A DNA stretch of 62,340 nucleotides, counting the filler, from Chiloscyllium plagiosum (taxonomy: Eukaryota), in the NCBI RefSeq assembly GCF_004010195.1. It is 3 parts of one record of this genome, joined end to end, with 100 filler letters (N's around TTAATTAATTAA, not from the genome) between each part and the next. Parts side by side here need not be neighbours in the genome. Positions count along the whole stretch, not along the records: positions 1 to 21,475 come from NC_057716.1; 2 more parts are not named here. The stretch is one strand, 5' to 3'. Numbering within the stretch: position 1 is the first letter of the stretch; the number at the start of each line of letters is the position of its first letter. The translations under genes and the position numbers were made by a program. The notes beneath the pieces were generated by a model that saw nothing but the letters and a program-made list of their open reading frames with translations, made no database searches and was not told the origin of the DNA. Below, in pieces: positions 1 through 12,359 of the stretch.

Positions 1-727
1 TGAAATTGCGGGGGTATCAGTTTTAGGCGAATACATTGTATAGGTGTTCTTCTTCCTCTTTTTGCAGTTCTGGTGTACTGCAGTGTATTGTGGCTCTTTT
101 GAATAGTGTCTTGATGCAACTTCTTTTGTGTGTGTTGGGGTGGTTACTTTCGTAGTTTAGGACTTGGTCTGTGTGTGTGGCTTTTGTGGTGAATTCAACA
201 GCCACTCTCAGACAACAACTCACCAGAACGAAGGTGAGCAAAACCAATATAGTGTACAAAACCAATATAGTGTACAAAATCCCATGCAAGGACTGTACAA
301 AACACTACATAGGACAAACAGGAAGACAGCTAACGATCCGCATCCATGAACACCAACTAGCCACGAAACGACACGACCAGCTATCCTTAGTAGCCACACA
401 CACAGATGACAAGTGACATGAATTCGACTGGGACAACACGACTATTATAGGACAAGCCAAACAGAGAACAGCCAGGGAATTCCTAGAGGCATGGCACTCA
501 TCCACAGATTCAATCAATAAGCACATCGATCTGGACCTAATATACCGACCACTGCAACTAACAGCTGGAACTGATAACCGGAAGCGGCAGAGTCAAACCA
601 CTACAAATGCCAGAGGAAAGATCACAGAAGTGCTTCACAGGAGACTCCCAAGCACTGAGGATGTCACCTAGAGAGGGGATGAAACATCTGCAACACAAAT
701 TCCCAGCTCGGCAACAGAACCACAACA
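1..727 (+). mobile_element. Penelope-like element 3' part (GIY-YIG endonuclease + terminal repeat) with an inverted 5' segment (about 1-190 on minus)
   Basis: Frame at 171-416 reads VYKIPCKDCTKHYIGQTGRQLTIRIHEH (GIY-YIG motif). 1-190 reads HTDQVLNYESNHPNTHKRSCIKTLFKRA on minus. Same family as 54379-55938. Confidence 0.9.
652..691 (+). ncRNA. Minimal hammerhead ribozyme motif in Penelope terminal repeat
   Basis: gca-CTGAGGA-tgtcacctagagaggggat-GAAAC-ATC-tgc: conserved core, imperfect stem II, NUH triplet, 3-bp stem I (gca/tgc). Confidence 0.7.
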
Positions 728-819
728 AAATGCTTTAGTTTTGTAACTCAAACTATGTAATAGGCCTTCGCATATTAGATTGTATGGTTATTTTGAGCTT
801 TAATTTGTTTTAGGTGAGC

Positions 820-1145
820 TGTTAGTTGGGTGGTAATATTGCTGGACTAGTAATTTAGAGCCCCAGGCAAATGTTCTGGGAAAAGAGATTGAATCGCACC
901 ATGGTAGATAATGAAATTTGAACTCAATTTAAAAAAATCTGGAATAAAAAGCTAGCCTAATGATAACCGTGTTGATATTTGGGAAAACCATGTCCTTTAG
1001 GAAGCAAGTTTACCATTCTTACTGGTCTTGGTCGTAAGTGACTCCAGAATCATGGTCTCTTAATAGCCATCTTGATGATTATGGATTGGCAATAAACGTT
1101 GGCCTATCAAGCAACATTCACACCCCATGAATTAATTTAAAAAGA
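820..1145 (+). mobile_element. Decayed tRNA-derived SINE (DeuSINE/SacSINE1-like)
   Basis: tRNA-like head, central cctttaggaag...gactccag block, 3' tail cacaccccatgaattaatttaaaa; recognised by resemblance only. Confidence 0.45.
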
Positions 1146-1544
1146 ACATTTGTTGCGGAGTCACACTTGTTTGTTTTTATTCAAGGATATTGATATATTT
1201 TGATTAATGCTTAAATGTATCAAAATTTATTAGAAGGTGACATTATGTACTCTAAGCAAACAAACGTTGTTCTACTTGTGCCTCCTTATCTTGGTAAAGA
1301 TCTGTTGATAAAATAAGAGAGACACATGTTAAAATTTACAAAATGGATGATCTCACAACGTATCAAGGAATGAATCAAAAGTCAACAGGAAATGATGTCA
1401 CCGGAAGTATCATTACTTTTAAAGAAACCAGTCAGATATTGTGCAAAGACTACTGAGCCAATGCAAAATTAACCATGAACTGTTTGTGCATTAATAAATA
1501 ATTAGAGTTTAGGATATCTCTGATCATGCGCAGAGGCTAGTAGC

Positions 1545-2370
1545 TAGCAGGGTAGACAAGCAGGAGGCTGGAAGAATACAGCAAGCCAGGCAGCATCAGG
1601 AGGTGGAGAAGTCAACATTTTGGAACTGGGGATGGATGTTAGGGGAGCGGCATATAAAGGGGTGGGGGGGGGAGGCAGGGTGGTGAGGTGAGGATAGGTG
1701 AACACAGGTAGAGGGTATGACCTGGTTGGTTGATGGGAGGAATGAAAGGGAAGGGGAGGGTTTGGGAGGGAGTCAGTGATGGGCATGGAGGTTATTTGAA
1801 ATTGAAGAACAAAATGTTGAAATAATTAATTCCCCTTCCCATTCCCTTTCTGACACAAATGTTTCACTGAGCATTCCAGCAGGCCGACCAGACCACCTAG
1901 TCACTGTCCATTTTAATTCTCCTTCCCACTCCCTTTCCAACATCACCATCCTTGGTCTCCTCATTGCCAGAACGGATCAGACTGCAAATTGGAGGAACAA
2001 CACCTTATCTTCAACCTGGGCAGCCTACAGCCTGGACCACTCAACATTGAGTTCTCCAATTTCAAATAACCACCCTTCCCATCACCTGGTTTCCTTCCCA
2101 GCCCCTCCCCCTTCATTCCATTCCTCTCAGCCACCAACTGGATTCATCCCTCCCACTGACCAACCAGGTTGTACTCTCTACCTGTCTTCACTTATCCCCA
2201 CTTCACCACCCTACCCCTGCCACCCCCTTTATCTGCAACTCCCCCCACACCCACTCCCAGTCCTGAAGAAGGGTTACACCCCAAACATTGACTTCTCTAC
2301 TTCCTGATGTTGCTTGGCTTGCTGTGTTCTTCCAGCCTCCAGCTTGTTTTCCTGGATTCCAGCAGTTTTT
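1545..2370. mobile_element. Penelope-like terminal repeat in inverted arrangement with end of the EN domain
   Basis: About 1550-1810 is the reverse complement of about 2050-2350; KLEEQHLIFNLGSLQP-type C-terminal reading; degenerate hammerhead core at 2259-2293. Confidence 0.75.
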
Positions 2371-3733
2371 TTTTACTCTAGCCAAGTAGGTAGCAGGGGC
2401 TACCAAATCATTATTCTTGGTTGTTTAGAGCACAAGAAAGGAAGCCTGGAGACTGAAGGAACGTGTCAGTCAGCAGAACAGATCAAGAGATCGGTCCTCA
2501 GTCAACTAGTGTTCTGAAGTGGATCAACTCAACACCATTACCTTTATTAAGTATAAGTTTTGTGTTTGTTATGACAAATGTAATAAATTCCATTAAACTT
2601 GTGAAAATGTATTTTTACTGGAATGGGTCTCATAATTAATCAGTATGAGTAAACCTTTAGAATACTTTTCTCTCAATTAATAATCAAATTAAAGGGATCT
2701 TTCGCTATGGTAAGTTTAAAAGGTCTTCCCTTGGTGGGGCCCTAAGGAACAGGATTACTTTTGTAGTCTGTACATGCTGTGTCCTCTTTTATTTCAAGCT
2801 GCCCTTTCATCCATGAAATCCTCACAATATTGCTCCTTTCTCACTTACATTACCACCAGCAGGTTTCTCTTTTTACCAAACTTCACACTTCTCTGAACTG
2901 AGTGATTACTCAAAATTGCATTCCTCGTGCAAATTATGATCAGTCTTTACAGTCCTGTCTCTAAGGCAAATATATCTTTCCTTAGAGATGGAGACCAAAA
3001 CTGAGCATATGGCTCCCACTTGTCTCACAACGTATCAACACAGTTTTAGCAATGCTTCAATTTTTGGGGTACAAAAACATAAATTGCTGGAAAAACGCAG
3101 CAGGTCTGGCAGCATCTGTGAAGAGAAATCAGACTTAACGTTTTGGGTCAAGGGACCCTTCTGTTTTTGGTGCTCAAATCCCATTAATAAATGCCAACTT
3201 GCCATTTGCCTTCCTTACTGAAGCTGTAAACTATTTATCACTGTTCCTTGTGTGTGTACATTCAAGTCCCTCAACATCAATATTTAAAAGTTTCATATTT
3301 ATTAAAAATATTCTGTGTTTATTAAGCAGCCAAAATTAATTGAATTTTTTTTCGGGGTATGTGGGTGTCAGTGCCAAGGCCAACATTTGTTGCCCATGCT
3401 TAATTGCCCTTGAAACTGAAAGGCTTGTTAGGCCATTCAGAAAAGTCAGTCATATTGCTGTGGGCTTGGGCTGACTTATACAAAAAGATCAACCATGAAC
3501 TTATTGAATGGCGGAGAAGGCTTGAGAGGCTGGATTGCCCACTTCTGCTCCTAGTTCTTATGTTCTTATCTGCACTTACCCATGTTGTCAGCTACACAAC
3601 CATTTCTTGCTGCCTTCAAATATTTCCAGCTGTTCAGCTCTGGGAAATACATCACCCAAATACAAATGTACATAATCACTGACATTTTCACCCTTCCAAG
3701 ATGAGATGGCCCACACAATATAGAAGGGAGCAC

Positions 3734-3945
3734 TAAAAGCAACAATTGCTGGAAATCACAGCAGATTAGGCAGCATCCATAGAGAGACAGCAAGCTAACA
3801 TTTCTAGTCTAGATGACTCTGATGAAGAGTTATCTAGTCTCGAAACACTACTCTGCTCTTTCTCCATGGATGCTGCCTGACCCTCTGTGATTTCCAATAT
3901 TTTTTGCTTTCAGTATAGATTCTAGATTTTGCAGTAATTTGCTCC
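3734..3945. mobile_element. ~210-bp hairpin Penelope-derived non-autonomous element with hammerhead core
   Basis: Inverted arms; CTGATGA..GAAAC at 3819-3846; flanking direct repeats tatagaagggagcac (3719-3733) and tatagaaggaagcac (3946-3960). Confidence 0.75.
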
Positions 3946-4436
3946 TATAGAAGGAAGCACAACAGAGTTAGCAAGGGACAAAAACACTTACATCTCCTCA
4001 GCCCTATGTAACATATGGTCCTCCACATAATGGGATGGTTTAGAACAGGACTGCTGGCATCCAAGTCATGGAAGACATTGAAGATCATGGTGTATTTCTG
4101 CTTTATGCCCTTTCTTAACCCTCAGCTCACATTCATCTTGTTATCTAGACTTCCTTACCTCAACCTATTGCCCTTATTCTCTTTCATTAAGACACTCCGA
4201 AAAACCAATATCTTTCATTTCTATTCTCACCGTATGTGGTTCAGTGTCTCGTCTTGTTTGATAATGCTCTTATGAAGCCTTTTGGGATGTTTCATTGCAT
4301 TAGGTTGCAATTAAAATCTAAGTAATCCTTGTGTGTTCTTGGTTTAGATGCTTCTTATAAGTCATTGAGAAATGGCACAGGAAATTTCCTCACATGGTAT
4401 TTAGGTGAAGAAGGGCTGAAGAAGGAAGAAGGGCTC

Positions 4437-4530
4437 ATTCCTGAAGAAGGGCTCCAGCTTGAAATGTCGATTTTCGGATGCTCCTCGGATGCTGCCTGAC
4501 CTGCTGTGCTTTTCCAGCAACACACTCTCA
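4437..4530 (+). mobile_element. Penelope terminal-repeat fragment with hammerhead core
   Basis: CTGAAGA-agggctccagctt-GAAAT-GTC followed by the family motif gctcctcggatgctgcctgacctgctgtgcttttccagc. Confidence 0.65.
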
Positions 4531-7500
4531 AAGGTATTAAGGGGATTAATTGTTGCGGTCCCTAAAATGTGGATTGAGCTGTTGTAGTTGATGCAGAAAT
4601 TTAGGCTGTTGCCTTTCTTACTGGAAGGAAGTTTCATAAGTCGTGGTTCCTTGATAGCATGTGATTTGTCCTGACAAGTAAAAATCAACTGAAGCTGAAA
4701 AATCTTATTATAATGGTTATTTTTATTACCATTAAGACAGAGCAATTTTACAGGTGGAGATATCTAAATCCATAGCTCATTGTGTAAATTTTATTTTTGC
4801 GTCAACAGACAGAGGAGTTAATTCTCTGGTGCCTACTTCAAATTATGAAATCTTTGTCCTCCCCAAAATGAAAATGGTTTTTTTTATATCATTCATTGCT
4901 GCTGCAGTTTGCTCATGAGCATGACACTTTCTCAGAGTTTTCCTCGGTCTTATCCTTTGCTTTACTTTTATCTCAGTAAAAGTACATCAAGTTTCTTGAA
5001 TGCATGCAGAAGTTAGCCAATTTCAAACATTAATGTCCATGAACACTTCTAAACTCACTCATGTTTTCTATAATGCCTTCTAATTAAGGTCAAATTTAAC
5101 CGTTCTCTAATTCTATCTTTTGATATTTGAGTTGATGTAGAGAGACAGCCACCAACTAAAGGACAAAAACATTGATCATTGCGATTACTGTACTTGTATG
5201 GTAACAGACCATGTTCACTGCCTCTCTTTGATGTGAATTCCATCGGTATGAAGAATTTGGTTTCGCCCTTGTCTCTTCGTTAACACAGTCTAGATTAGGA
5301 CCTCACCTTGGAGTTGATTTATGACACTAACACTTTATCTGTTACTTAAAAGGTACACCATCTTGTGGTAAGATATTTCAAAGATAGGAATGTAAGAAAA
5401 CATTTGTGTGAAATGTGAATGTATTATTCAGAGGCATTATTGGCTGGAAATTTCCTTGGAACTTCCCTCACTCTGCAACTTTTGTTTTACCACAAGTGCA
5501 ATGGAAATTTCATTGAACAGGCTGAATTGAGTTGCCAGCACTCTTCCAGGGAAGGTTTTATACTGAAGGTGAAATAGTTCTGAGGAAATTCCTGGATAAT
5601 ATTTTGTTTCAGTTTAGAATATATGTATGTTTTAATTTTTAACACTTATTTTGGTCCTGCTTTCGCCCCTTCTCCTCTTCTGAAAATTATTCATCACCTG
5701 AATTGTGTGGTTGATGCGACAGTTCCCTGCTTTGAGGCTTAAGTGGTTTTATGGGAAAGGCAGAGGGCAGAGGGGATGGTGGGTGAGTGGGTGTGTAGGA
5801 GGCAGAGCCTTGTTTGCCTCCACAAGGTTATTAGTGTAAAGAGGATCTGATGTGGCAAGAGTTTGCACAATTAAGATCTCAGTTGTGATCTGATGCAGCA
5901 TTACCACAATAATTCTAAGTCGCATGAGATGCACTTAGCAATGATGATGGACATGAGGCATGCCTTGGCCTGCAGGCCATAGTTGTAACCCTGACCTGAA
6001 GAATCAGGAGTCAGGAAGTAACATTTCAGAGTAACCTCCTGACACAGAATTCCTTCTGTGAAGTTCACTCACACCCCTCTCCTTTAATTGGCCAACCACC
6101 TTTCTGTAGTATTTTAAAGTCCTTTTGTGGTAGGCACCACAAATATGCACCCAAACTGCCAAAGGCTTTCCATAATCTTGTAAATGAAGGCAGAGACATT
6201 GTGGAAGCTTCCTCTTACAAAAAAAAATGTAGCTGCTGTCATTGTGTAGAAATTTAGGCTGTCACCTTTCTTACTAAAAGAATGTTTCATAGGTAGTGGT
6301 ACGTTGATACCCCAGGATCTTACTGAAATGTTTATTACTTGCGTGTGAGGTTTCAAAGCAAATGTCCCACTTGAACTTCACAGCCTGGTCTTCCAGCAAT
6401 TATTAGCAATCAGAGGAGGCAATGTTGGTTTTTTTTCTTCCCCAATCACTGCCAATGGTGAAACGATCAAATATAACACAGTCCTCAATTTAAATTGTTG
6501 CCCTAACGATTTGTGTAACTCATGGGCTGCAGGACATTTGAGAACCTCCCACTTCTGCTTTACAATTTGGTGATAACAACTGCACACTTTATACTACAAT
6601 ATAGAATCCACGTGTAAACAGGGTATAGCCATTCAGTAGAATACAATATATGAGTGGATAGGCTATGATAAACGTTTAACAAGAGATTGGGGTCAAGGGG
6701 GCTTTTTAGTGCTGTAGATCTTGATGACTATGATGATGAAATTTATGAAGTTTTCCTTGATATTAAAGCTTTAATAAGAAATAATACATCAGCACAATCT
6801 AAACTTGAATTATTATTTCAGCAAAATGAGGAAGAGAGAAATACTTTGAGAAACCAAGCTTTTAATAATGTATTAAATATTCAATACCAAACAGCCGGCA
6901 CATGTGAAACAGTAAAGACCTGATTTGGATTCTTGCTAACATATAACCAAAGCGAAACATTGTATGAAATATTTTAACTTTTATTATTCTAATAATGTGT
7001 GCGAATCACTTGTTGAAACTTTGTAATATGAGATACAGGATGTTGCATGCAGGTTCAAATTTGTTAAATGCATATATACAGTCTGCTAGCTTTTGAGAAG
7101 TAAAAAGAATCTTTAGCAATTCTAAAATGTTCCTGTTCCACTTTCCAAAAATTACAACATATTTTCTCTGTAAATCATCAAAAATTAAATATATACACCA
7201 TACTTTATATAACATTTATTACTAAAAATATGCAACAAAGCTTAATGATCAATAAAAAGCTGACATGGAATAGTGCTGAGGCAAGCAATTGAGATACCTT
7301 AAGGCTGTAAAGCTGTATGTATCCTTATTAAATTCTATAATGTAAAAATAAATCATTACTGCTTCAAAAGTCAGCTTTAGAAATGCTTTGTTTGGTCTGA
7401 TTGTTTACTAACACTAACTGTATAGAACTGCTTTGTGCAGAAATGTGAAATATATAATAAGCCAAAAAGGTAGCAAGTTTCTAGGACAACAAAACTCAGC

Positions 7501-10500
7501 TAACATAATCAGCACTTTCATAAATGTTTGACAACATTGCACACATTTGTGAACATTGAACTTTACAAACGGTGCATTTGCCTTTCTGGTACTTCAACCA
7601 TCTGAGTTCACACGTCATCTAATGCCAACTTTAAAAATAGTTTTGAATGAAATGGTTTTAAAGTAAGTACTTGTAAACAATATAGGTGTTCATAGTCTTT
7701 GAAAATGTCAAAAGCAATCTTTAAACTAAAAATCTGATTTTGAATTTTATAAGTGCAGCACTTTCAGTAAAAATAATTTTAAGCAAGAATGGAAAAGATG
7801 ATTTGCATATGCATTAAAACGTGTGTCTTAGTACAACCACTACCAAGAAATCATAAGGAACACAGGTGTAAATGCCACACATGCTGAGGTCAGTGTGGCT
7901 ATTAAATTGTTGTAACATATTTTGTTAGTGGTTATATGAAGATTTCTCAACAGATTGAGGTAACGCATTAAAATGGCAGCTGTCAAAAAAATCCAATAAA
8001 TTGAAAGGTACTGAATTAAGTAGAGGCCTGGATAACCAACCTTTAAGGTTTCAATCTGAGATAGATTTAGAAATAGACTTTCCAAATGTATAGAGCAGTA
8101 GGTCAAATATACCAGCAATTATCTTGTAATAAGATGATGAAATCAAGTATTCCTGTTTAATCTCAGCTGGGCTGCTGCTGGCTGGAATGGTACAGGCAAG
8201 GAGTTCATTCCCACAGTGAAAAGCAGCAAACATTATATCTGTTGCTGACTGATCAGGGTCAGCCACTATTGCCTACAAAGGAACAGTGTGAGGGAGGAAA
8301 CAATGTTAGTTCCTTATCACTACCTCTTAGATTTCTGTTCAATCCTTTTGAATGAACATTGCTTCTCATAATGTCTTCCAGCAGCATAGACAATTCAACA
8401 AACCTCTTTCTTTTCAGCAGATGCAGTGGCATTATTGCTGATAGAATATGAACAAAAGATTGTTTGTGACTTCCACACATGGATATCAGGCACAAGCAAC
8501 CTTCAGATAAGAGGTCATCTCTTACCACTCAACAACAACATGCTTAGCTGCAGTATCCAATCATTACCAACATTTGTGGAAAACAATTGGCTACTGAAGA
8601 TGGTCTTCAAGGATACTAAGAAAATCATTATGTTGGCTATGTCAGTAGGCAAATACCATTCAAAAGTATACAATATCACTTGGACTTCCTTTTGAATCAG
8701 GAGTCTCATTGCAATCAAATTCCAGATAATAAATTCCAGCAGAATTGTGGCAGAACAAGGATGATGATGATGGAATTCTTCTTTAATTTTGATTTGTTCT
8801 TACACTGGTGATGAAAAATAACTGAAAACCTTAATTCAATGTATCAGTTCAGAAAAAATTATCTTGTCGGTCTAACTTACATTTCAGAAATTTCTGAGCA
8901 TTCAGTTAAGAATATAGAAAGTTGAGTCCAGAAATAAAATATTAGCAATTCTTAAATTTTTAATTTTTAAAATTTTTAAAATTTGCGCCAATTGAACTCA
9001 GCTCAACGCGAATAGGAAAATACAATGTATTAAGAAAAAATGTATTCTGCAACTTGTTAAATGCACTGGCTTCAATATTTCTCAAAAACGTTATTGTCTC
9101 CTTGTGCTGTGCGACAGTTTCTGTTCCGGAATTGAATTAGCAATTGCCCTTAGAGTTCTATTGCATTCTAGCACCCTGTTATTATATTCCACTTTATAAA
9201 AAGAAATTGTTTTTCATTTAAAACATTGCATCCAATCTCAATGATTTTCCTATAGTACAAAGCAAACATTTTAAACCTTGATTCTAACTCAGGGCGTGTG
9301 GCAAGCATGGACCAGCAGAGAACAAAATTCATCTAGGCTTGCTAATGCGGGATCCTAGGCTTTTTAACATCTTCATATAAATACAACAGGGTCAATGCTG
9401 GCTTGCAGCCAACATCAATGATACCGGCAAACAGATGGGAGTTGGGTGGGGTCACCAGATGCCATTGGGTAGGTGGCAGGATAAATGAGCAGTAGGTTCG
9501 TCTAAGGTTTGGACTATGTCCCAAAAAGAAATCCATGCGGAGCCTGGGAGACCCAAGGCTTCTTTATGGGGTCTGTCCCTTGAAATCAATTAAAAGCTAA
9601 AATATTTTCTTCCCTCAGCCTTTTTCTGGGGCTGTTTATCTGTGCACTGGATTTCTCTAATGAGAGCACCAGACTGTTGCTGATAAAATGTAACCTGGTT
9701 CTCAATGATGTTATCAGACCTTATCTGTGAATGTCACTAAGGTGCTGATCTGTATCAGGTGTGAGAGCTTCAGATGCTGCTCAAAATTCCTTGGTGAAGC
9801 ATTTCCAGAGACCGCCAGACTATCAATATTTTTACACTTTCCTTAACATGCTCCTTCTTTAATGTGCTTTATTATCTGTAAAGTTGATGTTTGTTTTCAC
9901 TTAAGAACCATCACAGGTTTCCGGACTTTGCTCAACATTGTTAACTGATTACATGTCAGGGAATACTTATTCTTACATTAAAAAAAATCAAGAAAGTGAG
10001 ATATTTATACAGCACTTCTTGGAGGCACATGAAAACTATATAAGTATTGTGGTGTGTGTATAGTCTAAAGTAATTATTTAAATATGATGCATTTCTTATC
10101 TATTTTTCCCAATGTTTTCTAAATGTCTACCACCCTTCACTGCCACTAAATTGTTTTTAGGTAACAAAACATTATTTGATTTTTGTTTTATTCAGAATTC
10201 TTTCGCACCCCCTGAAGGTGACTCGCATAAAATATCCACAGGTGTAATTTCCCCAGTACCAGTTATTCTTCATGTGTGACAATGACAGACTAGGAGTGTC
10301 CCTGCAAATGTTAATCCTGCTCATGGATAATGACACAATGGCAAAAATCCAAAGTCTGTTTTTCTCCTCTCTGATCCTTGAGATCCATTGTTGCTGAACT
10401 GATATCAGTCAAATAAGATAATCTAATTCAGCACAAACTAAAATTGAACTTGGCAACTTTCTATTCTGTGTCACTCAGTTATTCAATGGATGAGTTTATT

Positions 10501-11539
10501 AAACTGTCAGGGCTTGATCTTTATTATTATCTGCTTGGCAGTTGAATAGAAAGAGAACAGAGATTTACATAGAACCACGTGATTTTTGAGAAACTCGCAA
10601 AAGTACTTCACACAAATTACTTTTCAATTGTAGTCACTGTTATACAGACAAATATAACAGCAGACAAATTGGGATATTTTGACAGATGGAGAGAGTTGAT
10701 GTAAGTATGTAAGTCAGCAGCAAGCTAACTTGCATACTTGTCATCAACCTGAGCTACAAATGTTCTCTAAAATCATTAGTTGATATAAGTACCATATTTC
10801 TGTATAATTTAGAAAATTCATTCTTAATTGTGGGATTTAATTAATGCAAGAAGTTCGAGCCATTAAAATCCGTTTCATACACTAGAATAAAATGTTCAAA
10901 ATTCCAATGAGTCAAGCATCTTATTAAAATGAGTAAAGCCATTTCCAGTGTTGAATTATTCCCATTACAACTCTGTAGATTACAAGATTATGTACATTGG
11001 TGTGGAATTTTCAGCTAGAAGTGAATGAACGTGATCTGCTTTCATTAAATTTACCAGAATTTGGGGCTATTAGGACTAAAACTGACCTGGTATCCTCTGC
11101 AAAGGATTTGGAGGCTGTGTGAAAAGGGCAAACAAAGATGTGTCTGCTTAACAAATCAGATTGAAGAATTATTCCTGAGGCCCATAAACCAAAAGCTTCA
11201 GGTAATGCTCAGTGGACTTTGTATTTTAATACTAGGTGCCTAGCACAGCTCAGGTGATAGACTGTGAAACTCAATCTCTCGGCCTTGCATTTCAGCTCCA
11301 CATTATGCATGTAGCTTCCGTGTTAAAGGCTGTTGCTTTTAGGAGTGAACTCCGCCTCCCTGTTCTCTGGGAATGTCACTCATTCAAACTGAGTCTTTTG
11401 AAGTGGAATGGTTCATTTGGTAGTGCTCCTGCCGAAGCAGGAAGGTCCCCAAGTCTAAACCCCACTATGGAAAGTCTGCATGATTTATACCTGAATTAGT
11501 TTCCCTGCCAACTGGAGTGAGCACAACCCTGCCAGTGTC

Positions 11540-12005
11540 ATGGTGAACAACAAGAAGCCTGCATGTACATCCTGCCAGAAGCAACACCAAAGTGCAGCTC
11601 TTTGCTGATGTGGCCTCAAAAACTACAGAAATGTTCTGGGCACTGGTGGAAAGAGGCTTGGTTACAAAAATTCAACATTCCACGGAATAATTTCTGGCTT
11701 CATGTGCCAGGGTGATGAGTTTACAAGATGCAACAGCATGGGCGGCAAGTCCATCTATAGTGACAAATTTGTTGATGAAAATTTCAAACAAAAGCACAAA
11801 GAAACTGATACCTGGTTACAGGAAATGCTAGGCCAAATACAAATGGACCCCGATTCTTTATTTGCATTGTAGATGCCCCATAATTGGAAAGCATGTGGTA
11901 TTTGATGAAATGATATAGGGTCATGATACCAAATAAGGAGAAATTGGGCAGTGGTGATGGCAAAACTAAATATACTGTGAGCATCATTAATTGTTGACAA
12001 ATGCG
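11540..12005 (+). pseudogene. Processed cyclophilin (peptidyl-prolyl isomerase A-like) pseudogene
   Basis: Manual translation across frameshifts: [101 protein letters not shown]. Collinear with cyclophilin A, no introns, several stops and frameshifts, AATAAA just downstream. Confidence 0.9.
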
Positions 12006-12359
12006 AATGGAATTATACAAGTTAAATAAACCTGATCACTCAAATAAAAACAGAGCTGGGTACTTCCCCAGTGGGGGTTGGCTATTTAAATTGGCTGCTT
12101 GCCTCTTTGGAATTCACAGTTGGTACATATCACAGCCCACTGTTTGGAAAATGGCCTAGTACCTTGTCCCCTTCCCCATATATCCACTGATATATCAGTG
12201 AAATTCTGCCTTTGAATTCCATGTCATATCATGTACGCACAGTGAAATGAAGAGAGGAGAAGGAAGTTCACGTTAAGAAAGAAATGAAACTCAAATGTTA
12301 TTTATTTTCTTTTCAAGTCTGAAACAAGAACTAAAAGCTGAAGAACTGAGACTCCATAC

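Noticed and set aside
6687..6923. 78-aa ORF
   Set aside because: TTG start, no recognisable motif and no convincing splice context.
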